A stretch of DNA of 64,000 nt from Octopus sinensis (Eukaryota). The notes under the pieces were generated by a model that saw only the letters and a program-made list of their open reading frames with translations, was not told where the DNA came from and searched no databases. Within the stretch, counting starts at the first letter, position 1. Each line of letters opens with the position of its first letter. Positions 13,268 to 26,430 of the stretch are shown here, piece after piece. The position numbers and the translations under genes are program-made. The stretch spans positions 124,001-188,000 of the forward strand of contig NW_021825710.1 in the NCBI RefSeq assembly GCF_006345805.1, given 5' to 3'.

Positions 13268-14437
13268 TCTATCACTGAATAAGGTGAATCTTTTGAACGG
13301 AAAGGAGAAGTAGATGTTTGGCGCTCCAACTACCTGCTTTACAAAGCTGTACATTGTTTGGGAGCTTTATTTGTCAAAGGCAAGTTGAATGTCTAAGGAT
13401 ATGCTCAACCATCACGTATTTTTCGGCGCTTCAACAATTGTTTTGTCATTAAATGTAAATTAGGAATGGTGAAATTAGTGCTTGATGTCTTGAAGCTCAG
13501 ATATTTCTGAGTTATTTTCATCAAATCAATCTAAGTGATTCAGTTTCCTGAAACCCAAAATGTTGGCAGAGGTGGCATTAAACTTTTTATTTGAAATCAG
13601 AATGTGAGCCATCGGACGATGAATGGGTAAGCCTTACAAAAAATGCTGATATTGTAGAGCTCGAAGTTTATCAACATTTTGAATCTTTTGGGATCTTCGC
13701 GTTATTTGCTGTAAACCTTTTCTAAACGACAGGCTTCAGATTTGCTCGGACAAGATAGTGATCTTTAACGCTACAGATGGGACGAGAGTTATGTTTACGT
13801 GTAATAAAATCTATAAGATTATATTGTTTCGATAGAGAATGCAGACAGGTAACTATACTTGAGTTTCTTGCGGAGCAGTGTGTCTTCCGTATCACAAAGC
13901 CTTATTTGACCATAGCTGTAACCGCTACTGTTTATTTTACTTATGCCGAAGCGTCTTCGGTGTGATCATGTGTTGCAGTCACGCCGTAACTAGACGTTGA
14001 AATTCAGGAGAACCTTAGTAATACCATTACCTCCGCACCCGAATGGCCAGAAAATTACCTTATCTTCCTTTCTTGTATTGAGTGAAAAAAATGGAGCTAA
14101 TAAAGTCAAAAAGTCATCTGACACCTACAAGACAGAGATTGGCGGGGTTTAATAATAAATACGGTCACTCGCACTTAATAGCATAGCATATCAGCGAAAT
14201 TCTTGCTATCCACAACGGTAATAATTTAAGTGCTTACTCCTTTATATAGTAGCTGAATACTCTTATCGATGTGGAAAGGAGATTAGGTTCGTCTTTTTTG
14301 AAGTGCAGTCATGAAATCATGAAACGATACGTCAAAAGACTTACTCCCACCTTCTTCCACACATTGAGAGCATAGAAGAAATGTATTTACATTGTTAGTT
14401 CGTTATCAAAGTTGAGGATTCGCATATTTCAGTATAT

Positions 14438-14495
<58 letters not shown>

Positions 14496-14893
14496 TATGT
14501 GCGTGCGCGCGCGCACAGACGCAATGTGGCCTCTTATCTAAATCTAATTCCAAAGAAAGAAGCAATTCAATCTTACATTTGCTTTTGTTCTAATCTTTGT
14601 TCTGAAGATCACAACGTTCAAATTGTTGCTGCCACTTTCCATTGATTACGTACTCATTTTCTAATGTATAATTAATCTATGTTTAAGCATTCATGCTTAC
14701 ATTAATGGTTGTTTTGTTATGTCTTTTTTTTCACCCCGCTAATTTACTTCAAGCTAATTTTCATGTGTCAAATATGTGCGTGTGAAATGACTGACTCATA
14801 AAAATGTCCACAAAATAACCAATTAAATTGTGTCGGTGCTTGTAAATATTTTACAAGTCTGTCATAAACGATATATTAAACATTGCTTTAGAG

Positions 14894-15310
14894 CAGTGGT
14901 TCTTAAACTTTTTATTTAATCTTTTTTGTAGCGCCCCACTTTTAAGTAGTTGATATGCCTAGCACCCACTTAAGTGGCAAGTGAGGTATCACGACTAAAC
15001 AAACTTAACGTGGATGACAATTTATAAAGTTTATTCTAAAAATGGATTGTATAAGCTTTTAACAGTGAAATGATAAAAAAAAAATTATAAAGACAAAAAT
15101 TGTAAGTTTACTTTATGCATTGAAAATTAATGATTTCCCTATGTCTGATGGGATCTCATTTTAATTTAATAACCATTACCAATTTTATCGTGTGTAATAT
15201 TTTTATCACGTGTAATACTGCTATAGGTAAAATTTAGCATGTTAATTATGTTACCTCACAGCCCCTAAAGCCTAACATGATAGCGTTACTGCCTACGTTG
15301 AGAAAGTCTT
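14894..15310. mobile_element. Non-autonomous hAT (Charlie/Buster type) element
   Basis: CAGTGGTTCTTAAAC left terminus; decayed right terminus; 8-bp flanks ctttagag (14886-14893) and ctttaggg (15311-15318). Confidence 0.6.
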
Positions 15311-16030
15311 CTTTAGGGAATGAAACATCGAACATTTCGCTTTGTTATTGGTTTATTCAGGTCTGTTATAAGAAGTATTTCTATTATTTCCTCATAAATA
15401 TATGAGGATATAAACCTTGCCAAGATCGGGCATGAGTGGTCCTTCTATAACAATGGACCTGTTGGAATATTACTCAACATTAATCGGGGTACACCATTAA
15501 ATGTATAATTGAACAAATATCATATTTATCCAGAAAACGCAATAATGTTCATTACATTCATATTGAGAAACATTTACCGAATGAAAACGAGTGAATGAGA
15601 GAGAAATAAATAAACTTTGTCAGACCGAAAGAGTGTTACAAATACTTGCTGGCTTCCGGTATACGGAGCTTTTGACTGGTAGCACTTGCATGTGCAAGTT
15701 GTTTGCAAGACAATCATGACATCACATGTGCCATTCAAAAATTCACAAAGAAACTTACGCTACACATGGGGAAGGTTTGAACAACACATGAGACTTAAAA
15801 GCAATCTGCAGTCTTTTCGTATATGGCATTGTATGTTCCTATACAACCGTTGGCTCTAACATCATCTTTGTGCAGATTACACAAAACTTACTTTATCTTA
15901 CTGTAAAGCTACCGATTTGTTAATGCGGCCCACCTGCACTCAACTAATCATCGAACAAAAATAACAGGAATGCGTTTTCTTTTTAAGCTAAATACTGCGA
16001 AAATAGAAGGCAGTCAGCCATTACCTTATC

Positions 16031-16084
<54 letters not shown>

Positions 16085-16087
<3 letters not shown>

Positions 16088-16300
16088 TCTACGAAAGGCA
16101 CAAGGCCTGAAATTTGGGGGAAGGGGACTAGTCGATTACATCGATCCCAGTGTTTCACTGGTACTTAATTCATCGACCCCGAAAAAGATGAAAGGCAAAG
16201 TCGACCTCGGCGGAATTTGAACTCAGAATGTAGCGACGGGCGAAATACCGCTAAGCATTTCGTCCAGCGCGCAAACGATTCTGCCAGCTCACCACCATAA
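16085..16300 (-). mobile_element. tRNA-derived SINE (second family)
   Basis: Minus strand has an A-box-like TGGCAGAATCGTT and a B-box-like GAGTTCAAATTCC; flanked by (AAT)n; homologous to 44265-44432. Confidence 0.85.
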
Positions 16301-16311
16301 CAATAATAATA

Positions 16312-16860
16312 AATGCCCTGATGCAGTACCAGGCAGTGGTTCTCATGGTTTCTGATCTTAACTGATTGGAAGTGTTATCATGTACATTGTTTTGTCTTGG
16401 TATAAAAGATGGGCTACAGCAGATACTACAGATTTACTTGTCAGTTGCTTGACCTTAACCAGTTGAGCATGTTCTTTTTGTGGTTGACGATAGTTGCCTC
16501 TCGGATCACGAGTAGAAGTAATGGGAGAGCATCATAGTCATGTATTGAAAGGAACACTTGGGAGTTGCATAATTCACCTTTGGAAACATGTCTGTTTCAT
16601 TCCACATTCTTAAACAACCCTTATTCAGGGACCTTTTGAGTGGGAGGGGCTACTCGACCTGAAGAAGATGCTAACTGGGCCCCACCTGTAAGGTCATGCG
16701 CTGTTTCTCTTGATATGAAATCACCATGTCGCGCACATATGGTTATGATGCATGTGCCTAGTGTACCCTAATCAGATGAGTAGTCATGGTGAGTAAACTG
16801 GGATTCGTATATTCTACCCCAGTGTCACTTTAATGGCATGTACTGCTCACTCACTCAATA
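16312..16860 (+). repeat. Non-coding interspersed repeat between (AAT)n tracts, copy 1
   Basis: Aligns with 16930-17372; starts after (AAT)n and ends ...cactcaataata. Confidence 0.8.
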
Positions 16861-16876
16861 ATAATGATGATGATGG

Positions 16877-16928
<52 letters not shown>

Positions 16929-16929
16929 A

Positions 16930-17372
16930 ATTCTGCTCAATACCACAGATATACTTGTCAGTTGTTTGACCTTAACCAGTTGACCATGTCCCTTAGTGGC
17001 TGACGATATGTGCATCTCTGATCACGAGCAGAAGTAGTTGGGGAGCATCATAGCCATGTGTTGAGAGGGATTCTTTGGGGTTTGAATAATTCACCTCTGG
17101 AAACATCGGTGTTTCGTTCAACATCCTTAAACAACCCTTATTCAGGGACCTTTTGAGCGGGATGGGTTAATCGACCAGAAGAAAATTCTAACTGGGCCCC
17201 ACCTGTAAGGTCATGTGCTGTTTATCTTGATACGAGATCACCATGCCGCGCACATATGGTTGTAATGCATGTGCCTAGTGTACCCTTATCAGACGGGCAG
17301 TCATGATGGGTATACTGGGCTTCATATACTTTACCCCAGTGTCACTTTGATGGCATGCACTGCTCTCTCACT
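16930..17372 (+). repeat. Same repeat, 5'-truncated copy 2
   Basis: Direct alignment with ~16425-16860; separated from copy 1 by (GAT)n 16864-16928. Confidence 0.8.
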
Positions 17373-17379
17373 CAATAAT

Positions 17380-17830
17380 AATAATGCAAAGATCCTATGG
17401 GATTTTATGATTCAGTGCGATCATGAGTTAGAGAATAGGAAGCCAGGCATAGTGTTAATTGAGAAAGAAAATAAACGATGCTTGATCATAGATATAGCAT
17501 GCCTAGCTGACAACAAGGTATGCGATAAGGAAGAAAGAAATGTCGACAGACATGACAGGTTAGCGTGGGAGGTTAAGCAGTTGTGGTTGATGAAAAAGGT
17601 TGTAGCAGTACCAATAATTGTTGGAGCCCTTGGAACAGTGAGCAAAAATCTCGAAAAGTACGTGGAACGAATAGGGACTGCAATAAGAGTGGAGCACTTG
17701 CAGAAAACAGCACTGCTTGTAACCACTCGAATACTCCGGAAGGTGCTCGAAAAATAAGAGGTGTTACCTTAGCTCACTGGTAGTGAACAGCTGACACTGT
17801 AGTACATCTCCAGCTTAGAAGCTGTGCAAA
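17380..17830 (+). mobile_element. R4/Dong-like LINE 3' fragment (RLE domain + 3' UTR)
   Basis: ILWDFMIQCDHELENRKPGIV...LIIDIA...VPIIVGALG...LQKTALL; preceded by AATAATAAT and followed by (TAA)n 17853-17932. Confidence 0.85.
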
Positions 17831-17876
17831 GGCAATGATGATGAGGATGATGATAATAATAATAATAATAATAATA

Positions 17877-17933
<57 letters not shown>

Positions 17934-18285
17934 GACAAGAACTCTGGTGTTGAAGACAGTCAGCCAGCCAACCACCAAGCCAGCCAACGAGACAGACAGA
18001 CACTACTATTATTATTACTGTGATGGTGATAATGATAAAAAAACAAAAATAACAATAATAAGATACTGCTGTGACTACACATAAAACAATATCATTGATG
18101 ATGATGATAATGATGATAGTAATGGTGGTGATAATGATGATAGTGATGGTAATGGTGATGATAATAACAATAATAAGCCGACTACGGCTGCTATAATGGT
18201 ACGATTATAATTGTAACCACAATGATGGCCGTCTCCCCACGAGCCAATCAAAGCTAAAAAATGATAACATTATCGTAGCACCAAA

Positions 18286-21200
18286 ATGTTTTTGGAAACT
18301 AAAAGGAAAACTAAATCAGTATACCAAATCGCTTGTCTTATGGTTAATCTGGAAGCGCGTCCCCCAGGGAAGAGCCAGCCTGGGATCGAAAAGTCATCAA
18401 CTGGCACAAACTCTTCTCCGAATACGGACATGGATGGTCACTTGAACGGGAAATCCCCCAACTCGAGCCCTCCAAGTTCACCACCACAACCACCACAGAA
18501 AGAAAAATGTAAGCGGAACAAATGGACCCGAGAAGAGTATAAAGAAGTAATATACGCTTATTACTATGCATTAGGTAGGCCATCTCAAGAGAGACACACC
18601 GCAAACTCTTACAGTATATGGAGAACACGGAATCAAGACAGTAGGCCCTATTTGGACGAGAACAAATTAGCAAATGTGAGGAGGGATATCCTTAGAAATA
18701 ACAGACTCACAGACAGTGAAATAAGCGCGACCAAGCACGCAACGGAAAATGACATAAATATAAGACACAAAGGAAATGAAGAATCAGATGAACAGTATAG
18801 CCCGCCACGAGGCTTAATTGAAAGACTGTCATCTGACCAAAGTACGCAAAGGCCTGAAGATACAAGAAATTCTATTGTACCTGTTAAAGATAGCCAGGAA
18901 AACGAAAAAACAACAGTAGCTGAAGATCTCGCATTTGCTGAAGAACACAGAGAGTCTATGGCAGAAATGAGGCAGAAAATCCTGAATACGCTTGAAGTTG
19001 TAAGACATACAAGTATGAATGATAGAGAACCACTTCATAAACTCTCAAATACAAACCAAAATAAAAAACAAATCCAAATTGGCAACTATGTAACAAATGA
19101 AATAATACGAGAATTAAAACCTGATCTTACTGAGTTAAATGAAATTATTTACGCTTCTGCTAGGGCAATTGAAACCAGCTGTATGCCCCCGAAATAACAA
19201 AGAAAACAAAACCTGGGAAGAAATCAAACCTGGAGAAGTAAAATTGAAAAAGAGATTGAATTTATGAGAGGGGAAATATCAATATTAAATGAACTAATAT
19301 GTGGAAATGATGTAAGATCCAGAACAGGAAGAAAGATGAAGAGAAAATTTGGATCCTCACCAAGAGAAGAACTGATATCAATAAAAGAAACGCTGAAACA
19401 AAAAGTCCAAGCAAAAGCCCTAAGAATACGAAGATTTGAGAAGAGAAACAAGTTTTACAAGCAAAATAAGCTGTTCACATCCAATGCCAAAAAATTCTAC
19501 AGAGAAATAGGGAAGGAGAAAGTAACCGTTAAAGACCCCCCTCCCATGGAAGAAGTTCAAAACTTTTGGAAAAGGATCTGGAGTGACAAGAAGACGTACA
19601 ACATAAATGCAGACTGGATTATACAAACTGAAGGATCCTACCAAAATTTACAACAAGCATGGGAAGACATCACAATAGCAGACCTAAGAAAGGCATTCAC
19701 GAAGGCCCATAATTGGAAATCCCCCGGTAAAGATAGGGTGCCGAATTTCTGGCTTGCATCGCTCCCATGTGCACACGGTAAGCTAGTTCAGCTGCTCAAT
19801 GGAATTATGAGAGACCCAAAGAAAACACCTGAATGGTTAGCAAGTGGCATTACTTACCTACTCCCAAAGAATAACGAAACCAACCTTCCAAAAAACTATC
19901 GGCCTATAACCTGTCTATCCACCACGTATAAAATCCTAACATCTATCCTGGCGGAGAAAACATATGCATTCATGGAGAAGAACGATATTTTCCCCATTGA
20001 ACAAAAAGGGTGCCGCCGAGGCTCTTACGGATGCAAAGATCAACTGCTAATCAATCGTATGATCCTTGAGAACTGTCACAACAAGCGCAGAAATCTCAGC
20101 ACCGCATGGATTGACTACAAAAAGGCCTTCGACAGTATACCGCATCCATGGATCTTGAGATCGCTGGACATCTTCAAAATTTCCCCTGTGATTTCAAACT
20201 TCCTGAAGCACAATATGTCGTTGTGGAATACGAATCTCCAATTATACCACTCTAATGGAGTACTTGCCTCAGAAAATATAAACATCAACTGTGGAATTTT
20301 TCAAGGTGACTCACTTTCACCTTTAATATTCTGCATAGCCCTAATACCCCTTACAAGTGAATTAAACAGAACAGGGTATGGGTATAAAATTGCCAATAAA
20401 AAAATAAGCCGTCTATTTTATATGGATGACTTAAAACTTTATGGTAAAGACAATAATGAACTTGAAGGCCTATTGCGCACCGTGAAAGCATTCAGCGATG
20501 ACATCGGGATGGAGTTTGGACTTGAGAAGTGTGCCAAGGCCAAAGGGAAAGTGAAGACCACAAATTCAGTCGTGTTAGATGTTGACACAGTCATAAAAGA
20601 GCTTGAGCAAGAACAAACATACAAATATTTAGGGATAAATGAAGGCTCTGGTATTCAGCATGCAAGCATGAAAGAGAAAATCAGGAAGGAATGTTATAGG
20701 AGAGTTCGTGCAGTCCTGAAATCTGAACTAAATGCACGTAACAAGGTGTTAGCTATAAATTCCTTAGCAGTTCCAGTTGTTACTTATAGCTACAATGTGT
20801 TGAACTGGAATATGAGTGAAGTAAAGAATATAGATAGAAAAATACGCAAGCTGCTGAGTTGTAATAGGATGCACCACCCAAAGGCAGACGTAGATCGCCT
20901 TTACCTTCCCAGAGCCCAAGGAGGTCGAGGCCTGATCCAATTTGAACTAGCTTACAAAACAACCACAATTGGACTGGCCAAATATCTCGAAATATCGAAT
21001 GACTGGATGCTAAAGCTCGTGGAAAATCACGAGAGACGAAAGAAGCTTCATTCTATCATAAAGGAAAGCAAAAAAATTTGCTATTGATCTCGTGCAGGAT
21101 ACCCAAACTGAACAACCCGAGGGAAGTACGGCAACTATTGTTGCAAAGAAGGTGAAAATGATGGCAATGAAAACAGCGCACGAGCAATTGGCTGATAGGT

Positions 21201-21964
21201 TGGAGGAGAAACCTCTGCACGGCAAATATGTGACCCGCAGCAAACAAGCTGATGTTGACCAGAAGCAAACCCATCAGTGGCTACGGAGCTCAGGGCTAAA
21301 AGCAGAGAGCGAAGGTTTCATCCTGGCTGCTCAAGATCAAAGCCTATTAACCCGGAACTACCAGGCCAATGTGATGAAAAATAGAGCAGACCCAAAATGC
21401 CGATTCTGCAACGACATGATTGAAACAGTGGACCACCTAATCTCTGGATGTAAAGTCTTAGCACCAGTGGAGTATAAATTAAGACATGACAGAGTTGGCC
21501 AATATCTCCACTGGCTAATAAGTCGGCATTACAATATCAAAACTGCCGACAAGTGGTATAATCACCACCCTGAGGCTGTAACTGAAGGAGAAAATGTAAC
21601 CATTCTGTGGGACTTTCCAGTACATACAGACCGAACCATCAAGGCCAATAAACCAGATATTGTTGTGAAAGACCAAAACAATAAAGTTTGCTTATTGATC
21701 GACATGAGCATCCCCTGTGATCATAATATCTCAGCGAAAGAGTTTGACAAGCTCAGAAAATATAAAGACCTACTCATTGAAATTGAGAAAATGTGGCATC
21801 TCAAGGCGGTTACAATACCAGTGATCGTAGGAGCACTAGGAATGATCAAGAAGGGAACCGAAAATTATATGAGAATGATCCCTGGCTTACCATCCCTGCA
21901 AGAAGTGCAAAAAATTGTCTTAACTGGTACATCACACGTATTGAGAAGAGCATTGTCGATGTGA
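18286..21964 (+). pseudogene. Single ORF of the R4-like element, broken by one TAA (19195-19197) and one +1 frameshift (A-run 21070-21076)
   Basis: ORFs 18286..19197 and 19264..21087 share a frame and the intervening 66 nt are stop-free; 21092..21964 follows after the A-run; plausible start ATG at 18340. Confidence 0.9.
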
Positions 21965-22143
21965 GAACTGTTGCTGCTCATGTATTTTAATTTAACTTTA
22001 AAAAAAAAAAAATTTTTTTTTAAATGAACGAACTACTGAGTTTGGTTTAATGGCCTACCAATGTATACTATGAGTTTCTTTGCCCTAGGAGTCGGGAAGA
22101 CACTCGGCAAGAAATGGAAGCAAATTTGAAAAAAAGGAAAAAA
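18330..22143 (+). mobile_element. Near full-length R4/Dong-like RLE LINE
   Basis: N-terminal KWTREEYKEVIYAYY...NKLANVRRDIL (Myb-like); RT motifs NYRPITCL, DYKKAFDS, GIFQGDSLSP, YMDD, YKYLG; CCHC CRFC...H...C; RLE KPDIVV..LIDMSIP; (TAA)n tail; 5' boundary approximate. Confidence 0.95.
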
Positions 22144-22176
22144 AGTAATAATAATAATAATAATAATAAAATAATA

Positions 22177-22233
<57 letters not shown>

Positions 22234-22236
22234 TAG

Positions 22237-22327
<91 letters not shown>

Positions 22328-22328
<1 letters not shown>

Positions 22329-22790
22329 CCTCCTCGTTGATATGACTGTCCCAATCGATATAAACGTATCTGTCAAGACCTACCAAAATCTGAGCAAATA
22401 TAAAGATCTTGAAATAGAAATCAGCAAAATGTGGAACCTGAAGACTAAAATAATACCTGTTGTCATAGGTGCCCTGGGAATGATAGCAAAAGGGGCTGGT
22501 TGCTACCTAACTCAGATACCAGGAAACCCCAAAATGGCAGAAATTCAAAAGATAGTGCTCATGGGAACTGCTCATATCCTACGCAGAATACTTTCTATGT
22601 AATCTCAAGTTTTAAAACACATAATTTTCGTATGGTTTTTTAGACATTCGCTAGTACAACACTAAGTACAAAACTAAATATATGGCACCCTAGGCATAAC
22701 AACAACATGAACTTCCAACTTGTTGTCTCTTGAGGTCTCCGGGTGAGAATTGGAGCCAACTTGTACAAATGTAAAGCAAAAGTCAAACAT
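22328..22790 (+). mobile_element. R4/Dong-like LINE 3' fragment, different subfamily
   Basis: LVDMTVPIDINVSVK...SKYKDLEIEISKMW...IPVVIGALG...EIQKIVLMGTAHILRRILSM; (TAA)n on both sides. Confidence 0.9.
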
Positions 22791-22814
22791 ATAATAATAA
22801 TAATAATAATAATA

Positions 22815-22899
<85 letters not shown>

Positions 22900-23094
22900 T
22901 TTTTGTTTCAGATCAGGTCTCTTATATAGCAAGAGACCTGATCTGAAACAAAAACAGCGTGGAATTTTGTCAGTGAACAGGTCGCGGTTTTAAAGCGACG
23001 AAAATATTTTGACAAATTAAATTTAAATATTGAAGTGAATCTAACGGTTTTTGTGTTTTTAAATGGCTTATAAACACCTTCCACGCTGCAATTG

Positions 23095-23126
<32 letters not shown>

Positions 23127-23127
23127 C

Positions 23128-23159
<32 letters not shown>

Positions 23160-23206
23160 CATCATCATTATCATCATCATCGTCGTCGTCGTCGTCGTCT
23201 TGGTCG

Positions 23207-23243
<37 letters not shown>

Positions 23244-23275
23244 ATTATTATTATTATATTATTATTATTATTATC

Positions 23276-23307
<32 letters not shown>

Positions 23308-23354
23308 CATCATCATTATCATCATCATCGTCGTCGTCGTCGTCGTCTTGGTCG

Positions 23355-23391
<37 letters not shown>

Positions 23392-23433
23392 ATTATTATT
23401 ATTATTATTATGTAAGTACTCTCCGTAGTAGTA

Positions 23434-23513
<80 letters not shown>

Positions 23514-23586
23514 AGAAGAAGAAGAAGAAGAAGAAGAAGAAGAAGAAGAAGAAGAAGAAGAAGAAGAAGAAGAAGAAGAAGAAGAA
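22791..23586. repeat. Compound trinucleotide microsatellites (TAA, TGA, TTA, TCA, TCG, TAG, GAA)
   Basis: Directly visible; interrupted by unique sequence at ~22900-23095. Confidence 0.95.
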
Positions 23587-25849
23587 TCCATTTATTTGAA
23601 GAGCGACTGATAAAAGGATCTTACATCGACAGGTTATAAAATATGTGTGAAACTTAAATCGTACGACAAATGAAAAAAAAAATTTTTTTAAAACAAAGTA
23701 TTGTCATAGCTGCTATTCTCCGGTCTAAAGACGAATGTTAAAAGTAGACCCATTCACTCGCGTCATATTTACAAATTTCACTCATATTCCAAGAAATTCA
23801 CAGGTATTTAGTTCTACCTTCTTTTCCACCATCATCTAACTCTTCAAATGGAATTATAAATGTAGATAATATTTAGGCGAGAGAGGAAAGTATTTATCTT
23901 TGGTCAATTCCAGTTGTGTTCACAAGACACTTCTTTATTAAACTGCACTTTCAGACCAAAGAAAAGAGACAGGGCAATTTCTGTAATGAACTTGGCTGGA
24001 TCCACACAAGACAACAACCGTTCGACAAAATTCCCCAAGTCAAAAATTCCTCAAACTCTGAACGAGTGGTTGCAGAATGCTTTCATCGCATTGCATCGCA
24101 TTGAGCACATCTCGGAAAAGCCGGCAGAAGGAACTTCGGTACCAGTAGAGAATGTTTCTAACCGGAATGACTCTAGTAGCAGTGCCTGGCCAGGGAATTC
24201 TGGAAGTTGTCTATAATCCCCAGATAATAGGTAGCAGACAGATTCTCGCCGACCTTGAGTCTTTCCAAGAACTTTGTTAACTTCATTGCTCTTACTCAAA
24301 ACTAGTTTTGTGTTAATTGCAAGAGTGGACGTTCTGCTGATCACATTACTCAAGTGGAAGTACCTGAGAAGATTCCAGATACCAGGTGTGCTAGTTTGCT
24401 CTTTGCTTCAACCAGAACTGCAACTTCGTCAAAAAGACAAGTTGCAAGCAAACGGACCTGACAACAGACAACCACATCTATCTAAGAAACAACTACATGT
24501 TGACAGCAGATGGACCACCTGACCAATGCAACACACCTCTTTCGCAAAAAAGAAAATGGTAGACGCTCCAATCTAGTCAAACAAAAACTAAGGTAGTGCA
24601 CAAAAAGAAAATCAGATGATAACATAATAACAGGGGCGACATATGCTTTCGTAACATCTGTTTGACCTTAGCAGAATTTATTTCTCTCAACCCATTTCAA
24701 TGCATCGGTTTTTGTATGAATATTTTTAATTACTAAGACTTATTTGCCTTTTTTTAAAAGTGGTTTTCAAATTTACATGTTTCAAAACCAGAATCTGCAA
24801 AAAAAAATATTGAATTTAAAAATTCCCTTTAACAGCAACTTTATTTAATCAGGAACTAATTAGGGTTAGAGGATTCATGGCTGCCGTATTTTATTTTAAA
24901 ATAAAAACATTTCGCTTGCATTTGACTGTATTTTGTTTGTATTCATAATTATATTTTCATTTTTATTATATTGAAACTGAAACTGCAAAAATTTCAGAAA
25001 GTGGAACAACTAATAACTAATGCTTTCAAAAGCAAACAAAATGTTATTTCACACTTCAAATACAGAGAAATGGATATGGTACTCTTATCAGGCTTTCTAT
25101 TTCGAATGCAGTGGTAGTAATCCACTTCGCAGCCTTAGTAGTTATTTTGGTTTTTGTCGCTGTTCTTGCTTCTGCCGCTTTCTTATTATTACTGACAATG
25201 GTATGAATATGATGTCGGTAGTAAGAGGGATTTTTGCTTTTCTAGCCACAGGAGAGAAAGCTTTTGATGGTTATTGTTGCCACAAATATAACACATGGAG
25301 TTTTACTGCAATGTTTAATGCATCCCCACTCTGCAAGTAAATGTAGTCGTGGCCCTTCTGCATATTTTCAGGAATGACCAACACCTACATCTCTATTCTA
25401 AATTCCGACCACTTCTTGTAGGAGATTTAGCAAGTTCATAACATCTCCATACCCCCTATGGGATCACGGTGAAGTTTCTGATGCTTCACGAGGATATTTT
25501 TTACCTTTCTCTTCATTAAGACATAGGGCCACCTCTGCCCCATAGTACTTTCCCTTCTTATCGAACACCACTCGTCCTTACTTTTCTCGAAATGTATTGG
25601 GTATGATTGTCAAACTAAGTGTTCGTCTGTAATTAGATGTTTTCTTACGTCTTCCGTTTCTGGTTCTAGGAGTGCTAGAAGGTCGGGTCTCACTAGACTG
25701 TGTTTGTTCCTGCTTGAACTATGCCTTTGCGATAAGAAAATGCTCTTTCAACGTTTGTGTTACTTGCAAATGACCCTGCGTTGTTTATGTTAGTAGCAAC
25801 GCTAGTGATAAGGGTAGCGACAAAGCTGGACTTTCGTTGGCGGTAAGAG

Positions 25850-26430
25850 TAAGATTGCGAAGTATGTTAATATCATTGCTAAGACGCAAGAAAAGCCTTA
25901 GGGGTGAATTGAGTTTAACCTTTTGGCTAAGAAGTTAGCAAAGAGATTGTCTAAGATATAATGGGCACGTTATTATCGCACTAATTTCAGAAATGTTTTT
26001 AACTATGTTTCTAACTATAGTGTGGTTGGAGATAGAAATTTGTTCCATTGTTGTCCGATGTTGGGTTTTCTGAAGCAAGAATTGCAATAACATTACTGCT
26101 ATTCTCTCCATGAGTGTAAGGAAGTTGACATCTAGGATATAAGAAAGTTGGCATCAGTAATGAAACAACTTTACTTACAATGAGAAAACAGGCTATTTTG
26201 TTGAGTGATTAAGGTAAGATTTTTAACATTTTATCTGTTCGCAGTTTTGATTAGTGGAACTTCAGATGCAAATTTTCAATACATTCAAATCACTAACTTT
26301 AAACTAGCTTCAGGCAGATAAGACATAACGCTGTTTCGCCGTTAACAATAAAGGTGAAATTATTCTCCTGTTGTTCAAAACTCAATCCTGTTCATATTTC
26401 CATATTCCGCTTCTTCTATTGTCCATGAAA
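25850..26430 (-). pseudogene. hAT transposase N-terminal remnant (BED-finger region)
   Basis: Manual translation ENNFTFIVNGETALCLICLKLV followed by QQNSLF; heavily decayed. Confidence 0.45.

Noticed and set aside
15610-15960. Cys-rich EGF-like exon on the minus strand
   Set aside because: An in-frame stop splits the Cys pattern and splice sites do not give a coherent frame.
16230-16300. tRNA genes at SINE heads (also 37482, 53257)
   Set aside because: A/B-box-like motifs without a cloverleaf, continuing into SINE bodies.
22033-23591. Poly-I/L/Y/N/S/H ORFs here and at other microsatellites
   Set aside because: Translations of simple repeats, not genes.
23915-24632. Solo LTR (minus strand TG...AATAAA...CA)
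   Set aside because: No TSD and no second copy; left unclassified.
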